A stretch of DNA of 64,000 bases from assembly GCA_965204735.1 (NCBI GenBank), contig OZ242008.1:3232001-3296000 (forward strand). Reading direction: 5' to 3'. Below are positions 9,668-18,916 of this stretch, piece by piece (positions within the stretch are counted from its first letter, which is position 1; each line of letters opens with the position of its first letter). Below the pieces are notes generated by a model. The model saw nothing but the letters and a program-made list of their open reading frames with translations, was not told where the DNA came from and made no database searches. The translations under genes were made by a program, and so were the position numbers. This DNA comes from Longimicrobiales bacterium. Lineage in GTDB: Bacteria; Gemmatimonadota; Gemmatimonadetes; Longimicrobiales; Gaopeijiaceae.

Positions 9668-11010
9668 GCCGATCCCGGGCCCAGCGCCCCGCCGGCGCGG
9701 CCGCAACCGTATTCGCAGCGCTCCTGGCCGGCGGCGCCCTCGCCCTGGCCGGCCAAGAGCCGCCGGGCGACGACGGACGGCCTGGAGGCGTCAACGGCGG
9801 CCGTCCCAGCGTCTTCTTCGACTGTTCGGGCTGGCGCTGCAACCTGAACTACTTCCGCACCGAGCTCCCCTGGGTCAACTGGGTCCGCCTGCGCGAGGGG
9901 GCGGACGTGCATCTCATCATGACCTCCCAGCCCACGGGCGCCGGAGGTCGCGAGTACCAGCTGGACTTCATCGGCGACGGGACCGACGGCTACGAGGAGA
10001 GGCTCCGCTTCCAGACGCTGCCGACCGACACCGAGCGCGAGGCGCTGGACGGGATCGCCTACACGCTTGGGGTCGGACTCCTCCACTTCGCCAGCGCGGC
10101 GGGGTTCGAGCCGCTGGCCGAGATCGCGCCCGCGTCCGGGCGAGGAGTCGACCCGAGAGACCGGGTGGTGGCCCAGGAAGAGGTGGCGGACCCGTGGAAC
10201 TTCTGGGTCTTTCGGCTGGGAGGCCAAGCCGAGCTGGACGGCGAAGAGACGCGACGCACGAAGCGGGTGAACGGCAGCTTCAGCGCCTCCCGGGTCACGC
10301 CGACGTGGAAGATGAACTTCCGCAGCTACGTGCGCTTCAACCGCCGCGAGATCGACCTCACCGACGATCCCACGTTCATCGACCAGCGAACGGACTGGGG
10401 GCTGCGGCACTTGGTCGCCTACTCCCTGGCCCAGCACTGGTCGGTGGGCGTCCAGGGCGAGGTCAGTCGGGCCACCCGCTTCAACCAGGAGTTCCGCGCC
10501 GAGTTCACGCCGGCGCTGGAGTACAGCTTCTTCCCCTACGAAGAAGCGACCCGGCGAGCGTTGACGGCGTTCTACAAGATCGGGCCCGCCCACCGTCGCT
10601 ACATCGAGCGCACTGTGTACGACCAAGCCCGGGAAACCCGATGGGAGCAGTCGCTGGAGATCGAGCTCTCCCAGCGTCAGCAATGGGGCGACGCCTCCCT
10701 TCGGATCCTCGGGTCCCACTTCCTCCACGACACGGGTCTCTACAACGTGTCGCTGAGGGGCGACGTGGAGTATCGCGTGGCCCGGGGACTCAACTTCACG
10801 GCCGAAGGAAACATTTCCTGGGTGAACGATCAGATATACCTTTCGGGGGAAGGCGTGACCGACGCCGAAGCCCTTTTGGACCTTCAGCAGCGGAGCCAGG
10901 ACTTCAACTACGGCATCGAGATCGGCTTCTCGTTCCACTTCGGCTCGATCTACAACAACGTGGTCAACAACCGGTTCGGAGGCGGAGGCGGAGGCTTCCG
11001 GTTCTTCTAG
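9664..11010 (+). CDS. Putative outer-membrane beta-barrel protein
   Basis: TTGA overlap with the upstream stop; signal peptide (AALLAGGALALA); alternating amphipathic strands; terminal Phe. Confidence 0.7.
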   Translation: MSRSRAQRPAGAAATVFAALLAGGALALAGQEPPGDDGRPGGVNGGRPSVFFDCSGWRCNLNYFRTELPWVNWVRLREGADVHLIMTSQPTGAGGREYQLDFIGDGTDGYEERLRFQTLPTDTEREALDGIAYTLGVGLLHFASAAGFEPLAEIAPASGRGVDPRDRVVAQEEVADPWNFWVFRLGGQAELDGEETRRTKRVNGSFSASRVTPTWKMNFRSYVRFNRREIDLTDDPTFIDQRTDWGLRHLVAYSLAQHWSVGVQGEVSRATRFNQEFRAEFTPALEYSFFPYEEATRRALTAFYKIGPAHRRYIERTVYDQARETRWEQSLEIELSQRQQWGDASLRILGSHFLHDTGLYNVSLRGDVEYRVARGLNFTAEGNISWVNDQIYLSGEGVTDAEALLDLQQRSQDFNYGIEIGFSFHFGSIYNNVVNNRFGGGGGGFRFF

Positions 11011-11026
11011 CCTAGCCTAGCCTAGC
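11007..11026. repeat. (CTAGC)4 pentanucleotide microsatellite
   Basis: ctagcctagcctagcctagc read directly; a two-copy version lies at 8670-8679. Confidence 0.9.
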
Positions 11027-11046
11027 TGCCACAGGAGGCCCGCACA

Positions 11047-11694
11047 GTGAAGCGACGGCGCATCTTTCCCAAGGCGCGGCCCGCGTTGCTCCCCTTCGTT
11101 CTCGCGGCGGGAGTCCTGCGCTTCGGCGTCGCCGAGATCGAGGCCCAGAACGCGGAAGAGGCATATCATCCGGCAGTGCTCTCCGCCTTCCCCTACGTAG
11201 GCGTGTCGACCGCGCCGTCGGAGGCGAAGGCTCCCATCTCGCCCACGGGGGGCCTGCGCGTCGCCGTGGAGATGTGGATGCGCTTCACTCCCCGCTTCCG
11301 CGTCGCCGTCTTCGTCGCCGGAAGGGTCGGCATGCTCGCGGTCAACGAGCAACGGGTGTGCCAGCCAGCCTGCAAGGGCACCACGGACATGAACGTCAGC
11401 TACATGGGCACGGGCGAAGCAGGGCTCGTCCTGGGCGTTTGGGGGCGGCCGTACGGGTTCGCATACTTCGGCCAAGCGTACCCTGTGGACGCAGACCAGT
11501 CGTACGACCCCATCAAAGGCGTTTGGCTCCCGAACTCGCCGAACACCTGGGGATTCGGGGGAGGCATCGCCCTTCCGATTGGGCGGGTGTCGCTACAGCT
11601 GGAGGCGCGCTTCCGTCGGGACGGGAGGTACTTGGTCGACACGAACGACTCCATGGAGTTCGTGCTGGGCTTTCCGCTCTGGTCGGCCAGGTAG
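11047..11694 (+). CDS. Hypothetical exported protein, possible small beta-barrel
   Basis: AGGAGG upstream of GTG; signal-like N-terminus; beta-strand pattern (WGFGGGIALPIGRVSLQLEARF, MEFVLGF). Confidence 0.6.
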   Translation: MKRRRIFPKARPALLPFVLAAGVLRFGVAEIEAQNAEEAYHPAVLSAFPYVGVSTAPSEAKAPISPTGGLRVAVEMWMRFTPRFRVAVFVAGRVGMLAVNEQRVCQPACKGTTDMNVSYMGTGEAGLVLGVWGRPYGFAYFGQAYPVDADQSYDPIKGVWLPNSPNTWGFGGGIALPIGRVSLQLEARFRRDGRYLVDTNDSMEFVLGFPLWSAR

Positions 11695-11779
11695 CGCCGA
11701 GTCGAACCGACCGCAGCGGGCCCCGGCAGGGAGGACGCCGCTCGCCGACGAGCCGGCTTCCGTCGTCGCGCTCCGTCGG

Positions 11780-14700
11780 TCAGGTGACGAGTCCCCTCGC
11801 CTGGAGCGCGCGCTTGATCTGCTCCAGCTGCTCGCGCTGGGTGGCGGTCGGCGGGTGGAGCGTGCCCTGGCGGACGCCGCCGCCGTCGACGGCGGCGTAG
11901 AGCCGCCGAAGCTGGTTCCGGTAGCCTGCCGCCGGGCCCGTGGCGCCTTCCAGCCGGGCGGCCAACTCCAGTACTTCCAGCAGGAAGGCTTCGCGCCGCT
12001 GGTAGTCGGCCGCGGCGAGCGGCAGGTCGGGGTCGCCCCGCACGTGCAGCTTGCGAGCGCGCGCGGTCCCGCCGACCGAGAGCTCGACCGTGTAGACGCC
12101 GGGGGAGACGAAGGGACCGCGGGCGCCGAGGGGACGGGGCACCTCCGAGGGGTCGTGGGCGGCCCACTCCTCCGACTCGCCGGGAAGGCCGTGGCGCAGG
12201 TCCCAGTTCACCCGGTGCATTCCGGCGCCGCCGGGCACGTCCATGACGCGCACCGCCTCGCCGGCCGCGTTGCGGATCGTCAGACGAGGCGCTTCGCCCT
12301 CGAGCCCGGCGTCTTCTTCCAGGCTCGGGTCCAGCCAGTAGGTCACCAGCGTTCCGTCCGACGGGTTCTCGCCCATGAACAACGCCTGGGCTCGGTAGGA
12401 GGTGTCCTTCCAGTAGTTCCGGATCGTGCCCCGGCGGACGCCGAACAGCACGACCGGACCGTCGCCCCCGGCCGCGTACTCCGCCAGGGGCGCCACGTCG
12501 TCCACGACGACGATCGAGCGGCCGTGGGTCCCCAGCACCAAGTCCTTCTCCCGCGGATGGATCACCAAGTCGTCGTAGGCGGTGGTGGGAAGCCCCGGGA
12601 ACTTGGCCCACGACTCGCCCCGGTCGGTGCTTGCGAAGACGTGGTGCTCGGTGCCCACGAAGAGCACGTTCGGGTTGTCCGGGTGCTCGGCCACCACGTT
12701 CACCGAGCCGGTGGGCAGAGCTTCGTGGAGGGGAGTCCAGCGGGCCCCGAACTCGTCGGCGCGGTAGAGGTAGGGCGCGAAGTCGCCGTCCCGGTGGGCG
12801 TCAAAGGCCACGTACGCCGTGGCCGGGTCCGCCGCCGAGGCCGCCACCCGGCTCACGTAGGTACCGCCGGCCACGCCTTCTGCGCCGCTCGACACCTCGG
12901 TCCACGACCTGCCCGCGTCGGTGGACACCTGCACGTTGCCGTCGTCGGTGCCCACCCACAGCACGTCCGGGTCCAGGGGCGACTCCGAAAGGGTGACGAT
13001 CTCGCCGTAGGACGCCGTGCCGTCGTTGCGCGACAGGCCGATCTCGCGGCCCTCGACGCCCATGATCTCCATCTCGTCGCGGTCCTGGCGCCGGGTCAGG
13101 TCCTCCGTGCGCGCGAAGCTGTCCCCCCGATCTCGCGAGATGAAGAGGCGGTTGCCGCCCAGGTAGACCACGTTGGGGTCGTGACGGGACAGAAGGCTTG
13201 GCGACACCCAGTCCCAGCGGTACGGGTCCTCTCCCTCGGGCGCGACGAGGCGCAGGCTCATCATGTCGCCCGTGGCGTTGTCGAAGCGCGTCCATGCGCC
13301 GTTCTGGGCGTTGATGTACACGGTGCGGCCGTCGGGCGCGGCCTGCTGGTACATCCCGTCGCCGAAGCCGCTCTGCCGCCAATCGTCGTCCACGATCCCC
13401 TCCCAGGAGCGCGTGGCCGACGGCCCCATCCACGAGTGGTTGTCCTGCATCCCGCCGTAAATCCAGTAGGGGTCCCGGTCGTCCACGTCGATCCCGTAGA
13501 ACTGGCCGATGGGCAGGTTGTTGATCCGCCGGAAGGTGGCGCCGCCGTCGTAGGTTTCGTGGAGCCCGGCGTCGCCCGCCAAGTAGAAGTGGTCCGGGTC
13601 GCCCGGGTCGATCCACATGGAGTGGTGGTCGGCGTGGACGCCCACGTCGTAGGTCGGCCGCGACGCGATCTCGGTGAAGGTCCGCCCCCCGTCCTCGGAC
13701 TTGTGGGACGAAGTGGCCAGGGTGTACACCCGGTTCTCGTCGGTCGGGTCGATGAAGACGTGGGAGTAGTACATGGGGCGGATGTTCTGGTCGCTGACCT
13801 TTTGCCAGCTCTCGCCGCCGTCGTCGCTCCGGTAGCCCCCGGACTCGGCGGCGTGCTGGATCAGCGCGTTGAGGACCATCGGGTTGGTGCGGGCGACCGC
13901 GATGCCGATCCGTCCCTTGTCCCCGCCGGGGACGCCGTTCGTCAGCTCCCGCCACGTGTCGCCGCCGTCGGTGGTCTTGTGGATGCCGCCGCCGTTGAAG
14001 CCCCACGTCCGCCGCCGACGCTGGTAGGTGGCGGCGTAGAGGACGTTCGGATCGCTCGGGTCCATCGCCAGGTCCACGGCGCCCGTGTGCTCGTCCACGT
14101 ACAGGACCTTTTCCCAGCTGCCGCCTCCGTCGCGGGAGCGGTAGACGCCCCGATCCGGCGACGCGCGCCACAGGTTGCCCAGCGCAGCCACGTAGACGAC
14201 GTCGGGGTCGGTGGGGTGGACCTGCACGCGCCCCGTGTGGCGGGTCTCCTCGAGGCCCAGGTGGGTCCAGGTGACGCCTCCGTCGTCGGAGCGGTAGACG
14301 CCGTTCCCCCACGACGTGCTCTGGCGGTTCTGCTGTTCGCCGGTGCCCGCGTAGAGGATTCTCGAGTCCGAGGGCGCGATCGCCACGTCGCCGAAGGTGC
14401 TGGTGGGCATGTGCTCCCACAAGTTGGACCACGTGATGCCCCGGTTGACGCTCTTCCAGAGCCCTCCCGAAGCCGTGGCGACGTAGATCGTGGACGGGTC
14501 GTCCGGCAAGGCCTCGACGTCGTGAATGCGCCCGCCCGCCACCGCAGGGCCGACGTGGCGCGGCGCGAAGGCGGCCAGGTCGGCTTCGGCGACGGCGCGT
14601 TGGGGCGCAGCCGGCGCCGCCGAGGCCGGCCGGGTCGGCAAGACGACGGCCGCGAGGCAGAGCGCCGAGGCCAAGTGGAGCGCGCCGGGCAGGTGGTGCG

Positions 14701-14872
14701 CGCCGCGGGCTCGGCGGCGTGTGGGGGACTGGCGGCGCGTGGGCGACTGGCGGCGGCGCGTGCGGGCCTGGCAGGGCGCGGAAGCCATGTGGAGCCCTGG
14801 GGGCGCGCGGAAAGCCCCGGGGAATCGGGACGGGAACTCGCGGGCGGCGGCGGGACGAGGCGGGAGGTTCAT
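11780..14872 (-). CDS. Secreted VPS10/sortilin-like BNR (Asp-box) repeat beta-propeller protein
   Basis: Many SxDGGxxW Asp-boxes; GGRIHDV, GGMQDN, VGTDDGNV, GTHGRS. ATGA overlap with the upstream exonuclease stop; the true start may be further downstream. Confidence 0.88.
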   Translation of the reverse strand: MNLPPRPAAAREFPSRFPGAFRAPPGLHMASAPCQARTRRRQSPTRRQSPTRRRARGAHHLPGALHLASALCLAAVVLPTRPASAAPAAPQRAVAEADLAAFAPRHVGPAVAGGRIHDVEALPDDPSTIYVATASGGLWKSVNRGITWSNLWEHMPTSTFGDVAIAPSDSRILYAGTGEQQNRQSTSWGNGVYRSDDGGVTWTHLGLEETRHTGRVQVHPTDPDVVYVAALGNLWRASPDRGVYRSRDGGGSWEKVLYVDEHTGAVDLAMDPSDPNVLYAATYQRRRRTWGFNGGGIHKTTDGGDTWRELTNGVPGGDKGRIGIAVARTNPMVLNALIQHAAESGGYRSDDGGESWQKVSDQNIRPMYYSHVFIDPTDENRVYTLATSSHKSEDGGRTFTEIASRPTYDVGVHADHHSMWIDPGDPDHFYLAGDAGLHETYDGGATFRRINNLPIGQFYGIDVDDRDPYWIYGGMQDNHSWMGPSATRSWEGIVDDDWRQSGFGDGMYQQAAPDGRTVYINAQNGAWTRFDNATGDMMSLRLVAPEGEDPYRWDWVSPSLLSRHDPNVVYLGGNRLFISRDRGDSFARTEDLTRRQDRDEMEIMGVEGREIGLSRNDGTASYGEIVTLSESPLDPDVLWVGTDDGNVQVSTDAGRSWTEVSSGAEGVAGGTYVSRVAASAADPATAYVAFDAHRDGDFAPYLYRADEFGARWTPLHEALPTGSVNVVAEHPDNPNVLFVGTEHHVFASTDRGESWAKFPGLPTTAYDDLVIHPREKDLVLGTHGRSIVVVDDVAPLAEYAAGGDGPVVLFGVRRGTIRNYWKDTSYRAQALFMGENPSDGTLVTYWLDPSLEEDAGLEGEAPRLTIRNAAGEAVRVMDVPGGAGMHRVNWDLRHGLPGESEEWAAHDPSEVPRPLGARGPFVSPGVYTVELSVGGTARARKLHVRGDPDLPLAAADYQRREAFLLEVLELAARLEGATGPAAGYRNQLRRLYAAVDGGGVRQGTLHPPTATQREQLEQIKRALQARGLVT
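14713..14756. repeat. 18-nt tandem repeat in the N-terminal extension of the VPS10-like gene
   Basis: gtgggggactggcggcgc / gtgggcgactggcggcgg, encoding RQSPTR twice. Confidence 0.8.
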
Positions 14873-15693
14873 GGATTCGGTTCCGGCTCCTTCGGCAGGT
14901 CGAGGACTGTCTGGTTGGGATCGTGGCGGCCCAGCGCGGTCCTTGCGGCCTCGCGGACCTGGAGGTCCAGGTCGTCGAGGCCGAGCATCCACTCCAGGTA
15001 GTCGGGCGTGGTCCGGGCCACTTCGTCGAGGGGCGTGCCCCGGTGCTTGCCCCGGCGGAAGACGAGGGCGCCGTTCTCGGTCTTGGAGAACCATCGGTCG
15101 AACTCGGACTCGTAGGGCGCGAATTCGTCGCAGTAGGCGTGAAGGTCGTCGATGCTCCGAGGCAGGTCCGCGTACTTCTCCAGCTGAGCCTCCAGCACGG
15201 ATACCGTGGTGCGGATGTCGCCCAGAGCCGAGTGCGCGTCTTCGTGACCCCGATTCAGGTAGAACTGCGCGGCCGCCGCCAAGTCCCGGCGTTCCTTGCT
15301 GTGGAAGATCACCTGCATGTCCACGAGGCGTCGGTTCCCGACCTCGAAGGGAACGCCCGCCCGGCGAAACTCGGCGACGAGCATGGGCAGGTCGTAGCGC
15401 CGGATGTTGAACCCGGCCAGGTCGCACGTGCCGAGGAAGTCGGCCAGGGACTTGGCGCGGCTGCGGAAGGGCGGCTTGTCCGCCACGTCCTCGTCGGTGA
15501 TTTCGTGAACCTTGGTGGCCTCGGGCGGGATCGGCATCCCGGGGTTGAAGCGGCGAACCCGCTCGTCCTGCCCGCCCTCCGGGGTGATCTTGACCGCCGC
15601 CATCTCCACGATCCGGTCGTGCACCACGCTGAGTCCCGTCGTCTCCAGGTCGAAGAACACGACCGGCTGTTCGAGCTTGAAGGGAAGCTTCAT
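14869..15693 (-). CDS. DEDDh 3'-5' exonuclease (DNA polymerase III epsilon-like)
   Basis: FFDLETTG (Exo I), GFNIRRYD (Exo II), HSALGD (Exo III); C-terminal GKHRG...YLEWML motif. Confidence 0.9.
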   Translation of the reverse strand: MKLPFKLEQPVVFFDLETTGLSVVHDRIVEMAAVKITPEGGQDERVRRFNPGMPIPPEATKVHEITDEDVADKPPFRSRAKSLADFLGTCDLAGFNIRRYDLPMLVAEFRRAGVPFEVGNRRLVDMQVIFHSKERRDLAAAAQFYLNRGHEDAHSALGDIRTTVSVLEAQLEKYADLPRSIDDLHAYCDEFAPYESEFDRWFSKTENGALVFRRGKHRGTPLDEVARTTPDYLEWMLGLDDLDLQVREAARTALGRHDPNQTVLDLPKEPEPNP

Positions 15694-15790
15694 TGGGCAG
15701 GGGCAGGGCAAGGAGGACGGGCGGAAGCAAGGGCGGGGCATGGGGAAGCGGGGGCGAACGGGGGATCATTGGGACCCGTTCGGATCGACG

Positions 15791-18760
15791 TCAAGGGGAG
15801 CGGGCGCTCCGACCGGCGGCACGCTTGCCGGCCCGTCTCGGGAGGCGCTTGCCGGCCCGCACCGACGGCTCCGCGCACCACTTGCGCCGCAGCAGGTCCA
15901 GCGGTTCCTCGATCGCGTCCCAATCCAGCTCCAGCAAGTCCTGCAGCACGCAGCCGTCGAGCCTCTTGCGGAGTGGGTCGTCGTCCGCTCGGCAGGCGGG
16001 AAGGAACTCCAAGCGGCGCACTTCGTCGAAGAGCGCCGAGGCCGCGCGGAGCTGGTCCGGCGCAAGGGCCGTCACGTCCAGGAACGGCATGCGCCGGATC
16101 GCCGTCACCGGCATCCGGCCCCGTCCGGCCTGCTGCTTGCTCGCGTGATGCCAGTACTGGACAAGGCCGAGCGTCGTGTTGGCCCACAGGCAGTACGCCT
16201 TCTCGTGCGCCTGCGAGGGCAGCTGGACGTTGGGCCAGCCGATCCCGCCGATCGTCCTTCCTTCGGTGAACGCCGCGGCGAGGGCCTGGGACGTGAAGCG
16301 GAGATCGCAGTTGTGGTGAGCCCAGCTGCGGGTGCTCCAGATGCGGCTCGCCTTGTCTTCCCGTCCTTCTCGAACCACGCCGTGAGTGTCGGCCTCGACG
16401 ATCATTTGCCTTTGTCCAACGGCGTCGTTGCGCCAAAGCATGGGGTAGCTCGGCTCGCCCACGATCGGGTAGCGGTCGAATGCGGCGCTTCGGTTGTTGG
16501 CGATGTTGTTGGCGGCCCAGCCCACGTTCCCGAACTCGCCCACCGGCCGCACGCACAGCTTCGCCGCGTCGGCCCGGTCCATGGTAGGAAGCCATAGAAG
16601 CCCTTGGGACAGCTGATGGGCGGACTGGCACAAGGACAAGTCGCCGACGGGAACGCTGGACCACGGGCCCGGTCCCAGCGGCGCGTCGACGGCTTCGCCG
16701 ATCCGCTCTTCGCCGACCAGCAGCGGCGTGCCGCCGAAGGGGCCTCCCTCCAGCGTCTTCGTTCGCCCGTTCGTTCTTGCTGCTTGGACCGCTCGCGCGA
16801 ACTCGGTGGCCTCCATGGCGTTCGCGGGCCGCCGACGCAACGTCGCGAAGAGACCCCTGCCGCAGGCCGGCGCGGCGCTCTTCCGGCCGGTCAGCAGGAC
16901 CTCGGCCATGTGGGTGTCCGCCGACCACGACTGGTCGATGCCGCGAGCTGCCGCCACGCCGACGACGACCACGTCCTCGTATCGGGCGGTGAACAGCTCC
17001 CGCACGCCCCTCCAGCTCGTTCCCTGCACGGCGGTCAGCGGCAACACCAATGCGACCGCGCCGTCTTTCTTGGTCATTCGGTCCGCGACGGCCACGAACG
17101 CCGACGCAATCCCCGCCGAGCCGTGATAGCAAGTCCCGCGGCACACTTCCTTCTCCCGCTCCGTCATCCGCTTCTGCACGTCTCGGCTCGTGCCCAGTCC
17201 GCGGTACTGCTTCCACTGTCCTTCCGCACCCGGCTCCCAGTCGGACATGGCCCGAGTAAACGGCGGATTCATGATCACCAAGTCCTGGCTGGACGGCGGC
17301 GCCTGAACTGCAAACTCGCTGCGCTTGCCCGACTTGCCAGCCAGCGCTGTGGGCGCGCTCATGGGAAAGAGCGACGGCAGGACTTCCGTGTCGCCGAGGA
17401 GATCGACGGCGCCCAGGGCCGTGCTCCTGTCGGCCCTTTCCCCGTATTCGGCGATGAGCACGCGGGAGTTGTCGTACACGACGCTGGGGTGCACCGACGA
17501 CAACATGGCGGCCGTAAGGTGCGCCGCGGACGGAACGATGTCGCAAGCGGTAAGCGACTCTTCCATCATCCGGCCGTGCAACGCCTCGGGGGATCCGCCA
17601 CGCACTTCGTGGAGGCGGTTGATCCGATGGTAGGCCGCGTGAATCAACGTGCCGGTGCCACATGCGTAGTCGGCGACGCGGAAGGCGGCGACGCGCCGCC
17701 TGCTCTTCCAGCCCGACTCGGGCACGGCCATGTGCGCAAGCATCGCCGCCGACTCGGAGCGCGTGTAGTATGAAGCAAGGTACTTGCGATCGCCGATGAA
17801 GCGCTGAAAGACCGTGCCGGCCAAGTCGTGGGACCGGGCCACGCCAAGGGCAGCCAGCTTCGCGGCCGTGGCGGCGATCACGTCGAGTGCATCGTCGGCG
17901 TCGCGGGGAGGGTTCACTCCCGCCAAGAGCTCGCGGGCCAAGTGGAAGATCGACCAATAGTTGATCTGGAGAACTCTTTGCCACTCCGCCAGCACGCCAG
18001 CTTGGTTCAACTCTTCTTCTGCGCGCATCTGCGCCAAGTTCTTGACGCTTTGGTTGCCTGCCAAGCCTTCTTGGAAGACCATCGCGTTGATCATGATCGT
18101 GGCCGCGATGCCCAGCATTTGGTCCAGCTTGCTCTCGTGGTAGTCCTGCTTGAGCGCCTGGGCGATCCGCCGCTTCCAGTCCTCGCTTTGGGACGCAGCG
18201 TCCCGGAGCAGTGCGATCACGTCCGCCACGCCCGCTTCCAGAACGCCGATCGACTTGCGAAGGGCGTCGGCCGAAACGCCGGCTTGGTCCAAGAAGAGGG
18301 CAAGGTCGGTCACCGTCCCGCTCAACCAGCCGGAGTTGGGAAACCGCTCGACGGCGTCGGCCGAAGCGCCGCTGAAGAGCGCGTACTCCAGCTTGGCGCC
18401 TCCTCCTTCGGCGCCGACGGCCAGCGCAACGGACACCTCTTGGGGCGTCTGGCACGTCGAGAGCGAAAGGGGCGTGCGCAACGCGACGGCGGAGCGGACG
18501 ATCCCGTACCGCTGCACCTTTTGCGAGTCGAGAGCCTCGCCAAGTCGGGACCGCGCCTCCGCCTCGACGGTGCGGGCCGGCATCCATTCGTTTTCCACGA
18601 CCACGGGCTGGCGCCCGTAAGTGGTCAGAAGGATGTCCGGACACTTGGCGCTGTCTCGGAAGCAGTTCGTTTCCGGGAAGACGCGCCAGCGGGCGCTCAT
18701 TCCAGTCAACAAGTCGGCCAAGCTCCCGTTGACCAGCTGTTCGGCAAGGCGAGGCGTCAT
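15791..18760 (-). CDS. Fused restriction-modification protein (Type IIG-like): N-terminal nuclease-like domain, amino-methyltransferase and C-terminal recognition region
   Basis: YYTR motif, motif I VADYACGTGTL, motif IV IMNPPF, ALVLP; N-terminal PDILL...VVENE. Start ATG 18760 chosen; the ORF is open to 18850. Confidence 0.8.
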   Translation of the reverse strand: MTPRLAEQLVNGSLADLLTGMSARWRVFPETNCFRDSAKCPDILLTTYGRQPVVVENEWMPARTVEAEARSRLGEALDSQKVQRYGIVRSAVALRTPLSLSTCQTPQEVSVALAVGAEGGGAKLEYALFSGASADAVERFPNSGWLSGTVTDLALFLDQAGVSADALRKSIGVLEAGVADVIALLRDAASQSEDWKRRIAQALKQDYHESKLDQMLGIAATIMINAMVFQEGLAGNQSVKNLAQMRAEEELNQAGVLAEWQRVLQINYWSIFHLARELLAGVNPPRDADDALDVIAATAAKLAALGVARSHDLAGTVFQRFIGDRKYLASYYTRSESAAMLAHMAVPESGWKSRRRVAAFRVADYACGTGTLIHAAYHRINRLHEVRGGSPEALHGRMMEESLTACDIVPSAAHLTAAMLSSVHPSVVYDNSRVLIAEYGERADRSTALGAVDLLGDTEVLPSLFPMSAPTALAGKSGKRSEFAVQAPPSSQDLVIMNPPFTRAMSDWEPGAEGQWKQYRGLGTSRDVQKRMTEREKEVCRGTCYHGSAGIASAFVAVADRMTKKDGAVALVLPLTAVQGTSWRGVRELFTARYEDVVVVGVAAARGIDQSWSADTHMAEVLLTGRKSAAPACGRGLFATLRRRPANAMEATEFARAVQAARTNGRTKTLEGGPFGGTPLLVGEERIGEAVDAPLGPGPWSSVPVGDLSLCQSAHQLSQGLLWLPTMDRADAAKLCVRPVGEFGNVGWAANNIANNRSAAFDRYPIVGEPSYPMLWRNDAVGQRQMIVEADTHGVVREGREDKASRIWSTRSWAHHNCDLRFTSQALAAAFTEGRTIGGIGWPNVQLPSQAHEKAYCLWANTTLGLVQYWHHASKQQAGRGRMPVTAIRRMPFLDVTALAPDQLRAASALFDEVRRLEFLPACRADDDPLRKRLDGCVLQDLLELDWDAIEEPLDLLRRKWCAEPSVRAGKRLPRRAGKRAAGRSARSP

Positions 18761-18916
18761 TTCGATACCGGGAGACTTGTCGATTCCGGAGACTTGGCCA
18801 CGGGAAGCACTTGTGCGCTTCGAATGTCGCAACTTCGACGGCGGCGTCAACCGCCGCGCGGGGCTTCCGGGAGTCGCGGGAACCTTAGCCTGAGTCGGAG
18901 GGACCTTCGACGGCAG

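Noticed and set aside
14713..14760. RRRQSPTRRQSPTRRR resembling viral protamine-like tails
   Set aside because: Explained by an 18-nt GC-rich duplication, and it may lie upstream of the true start.
15700..18916. Mobile element carrying the RM gene
   Set aside because: No transposase, integrase, terminal inverted repeats or target-site duplication could be seen.
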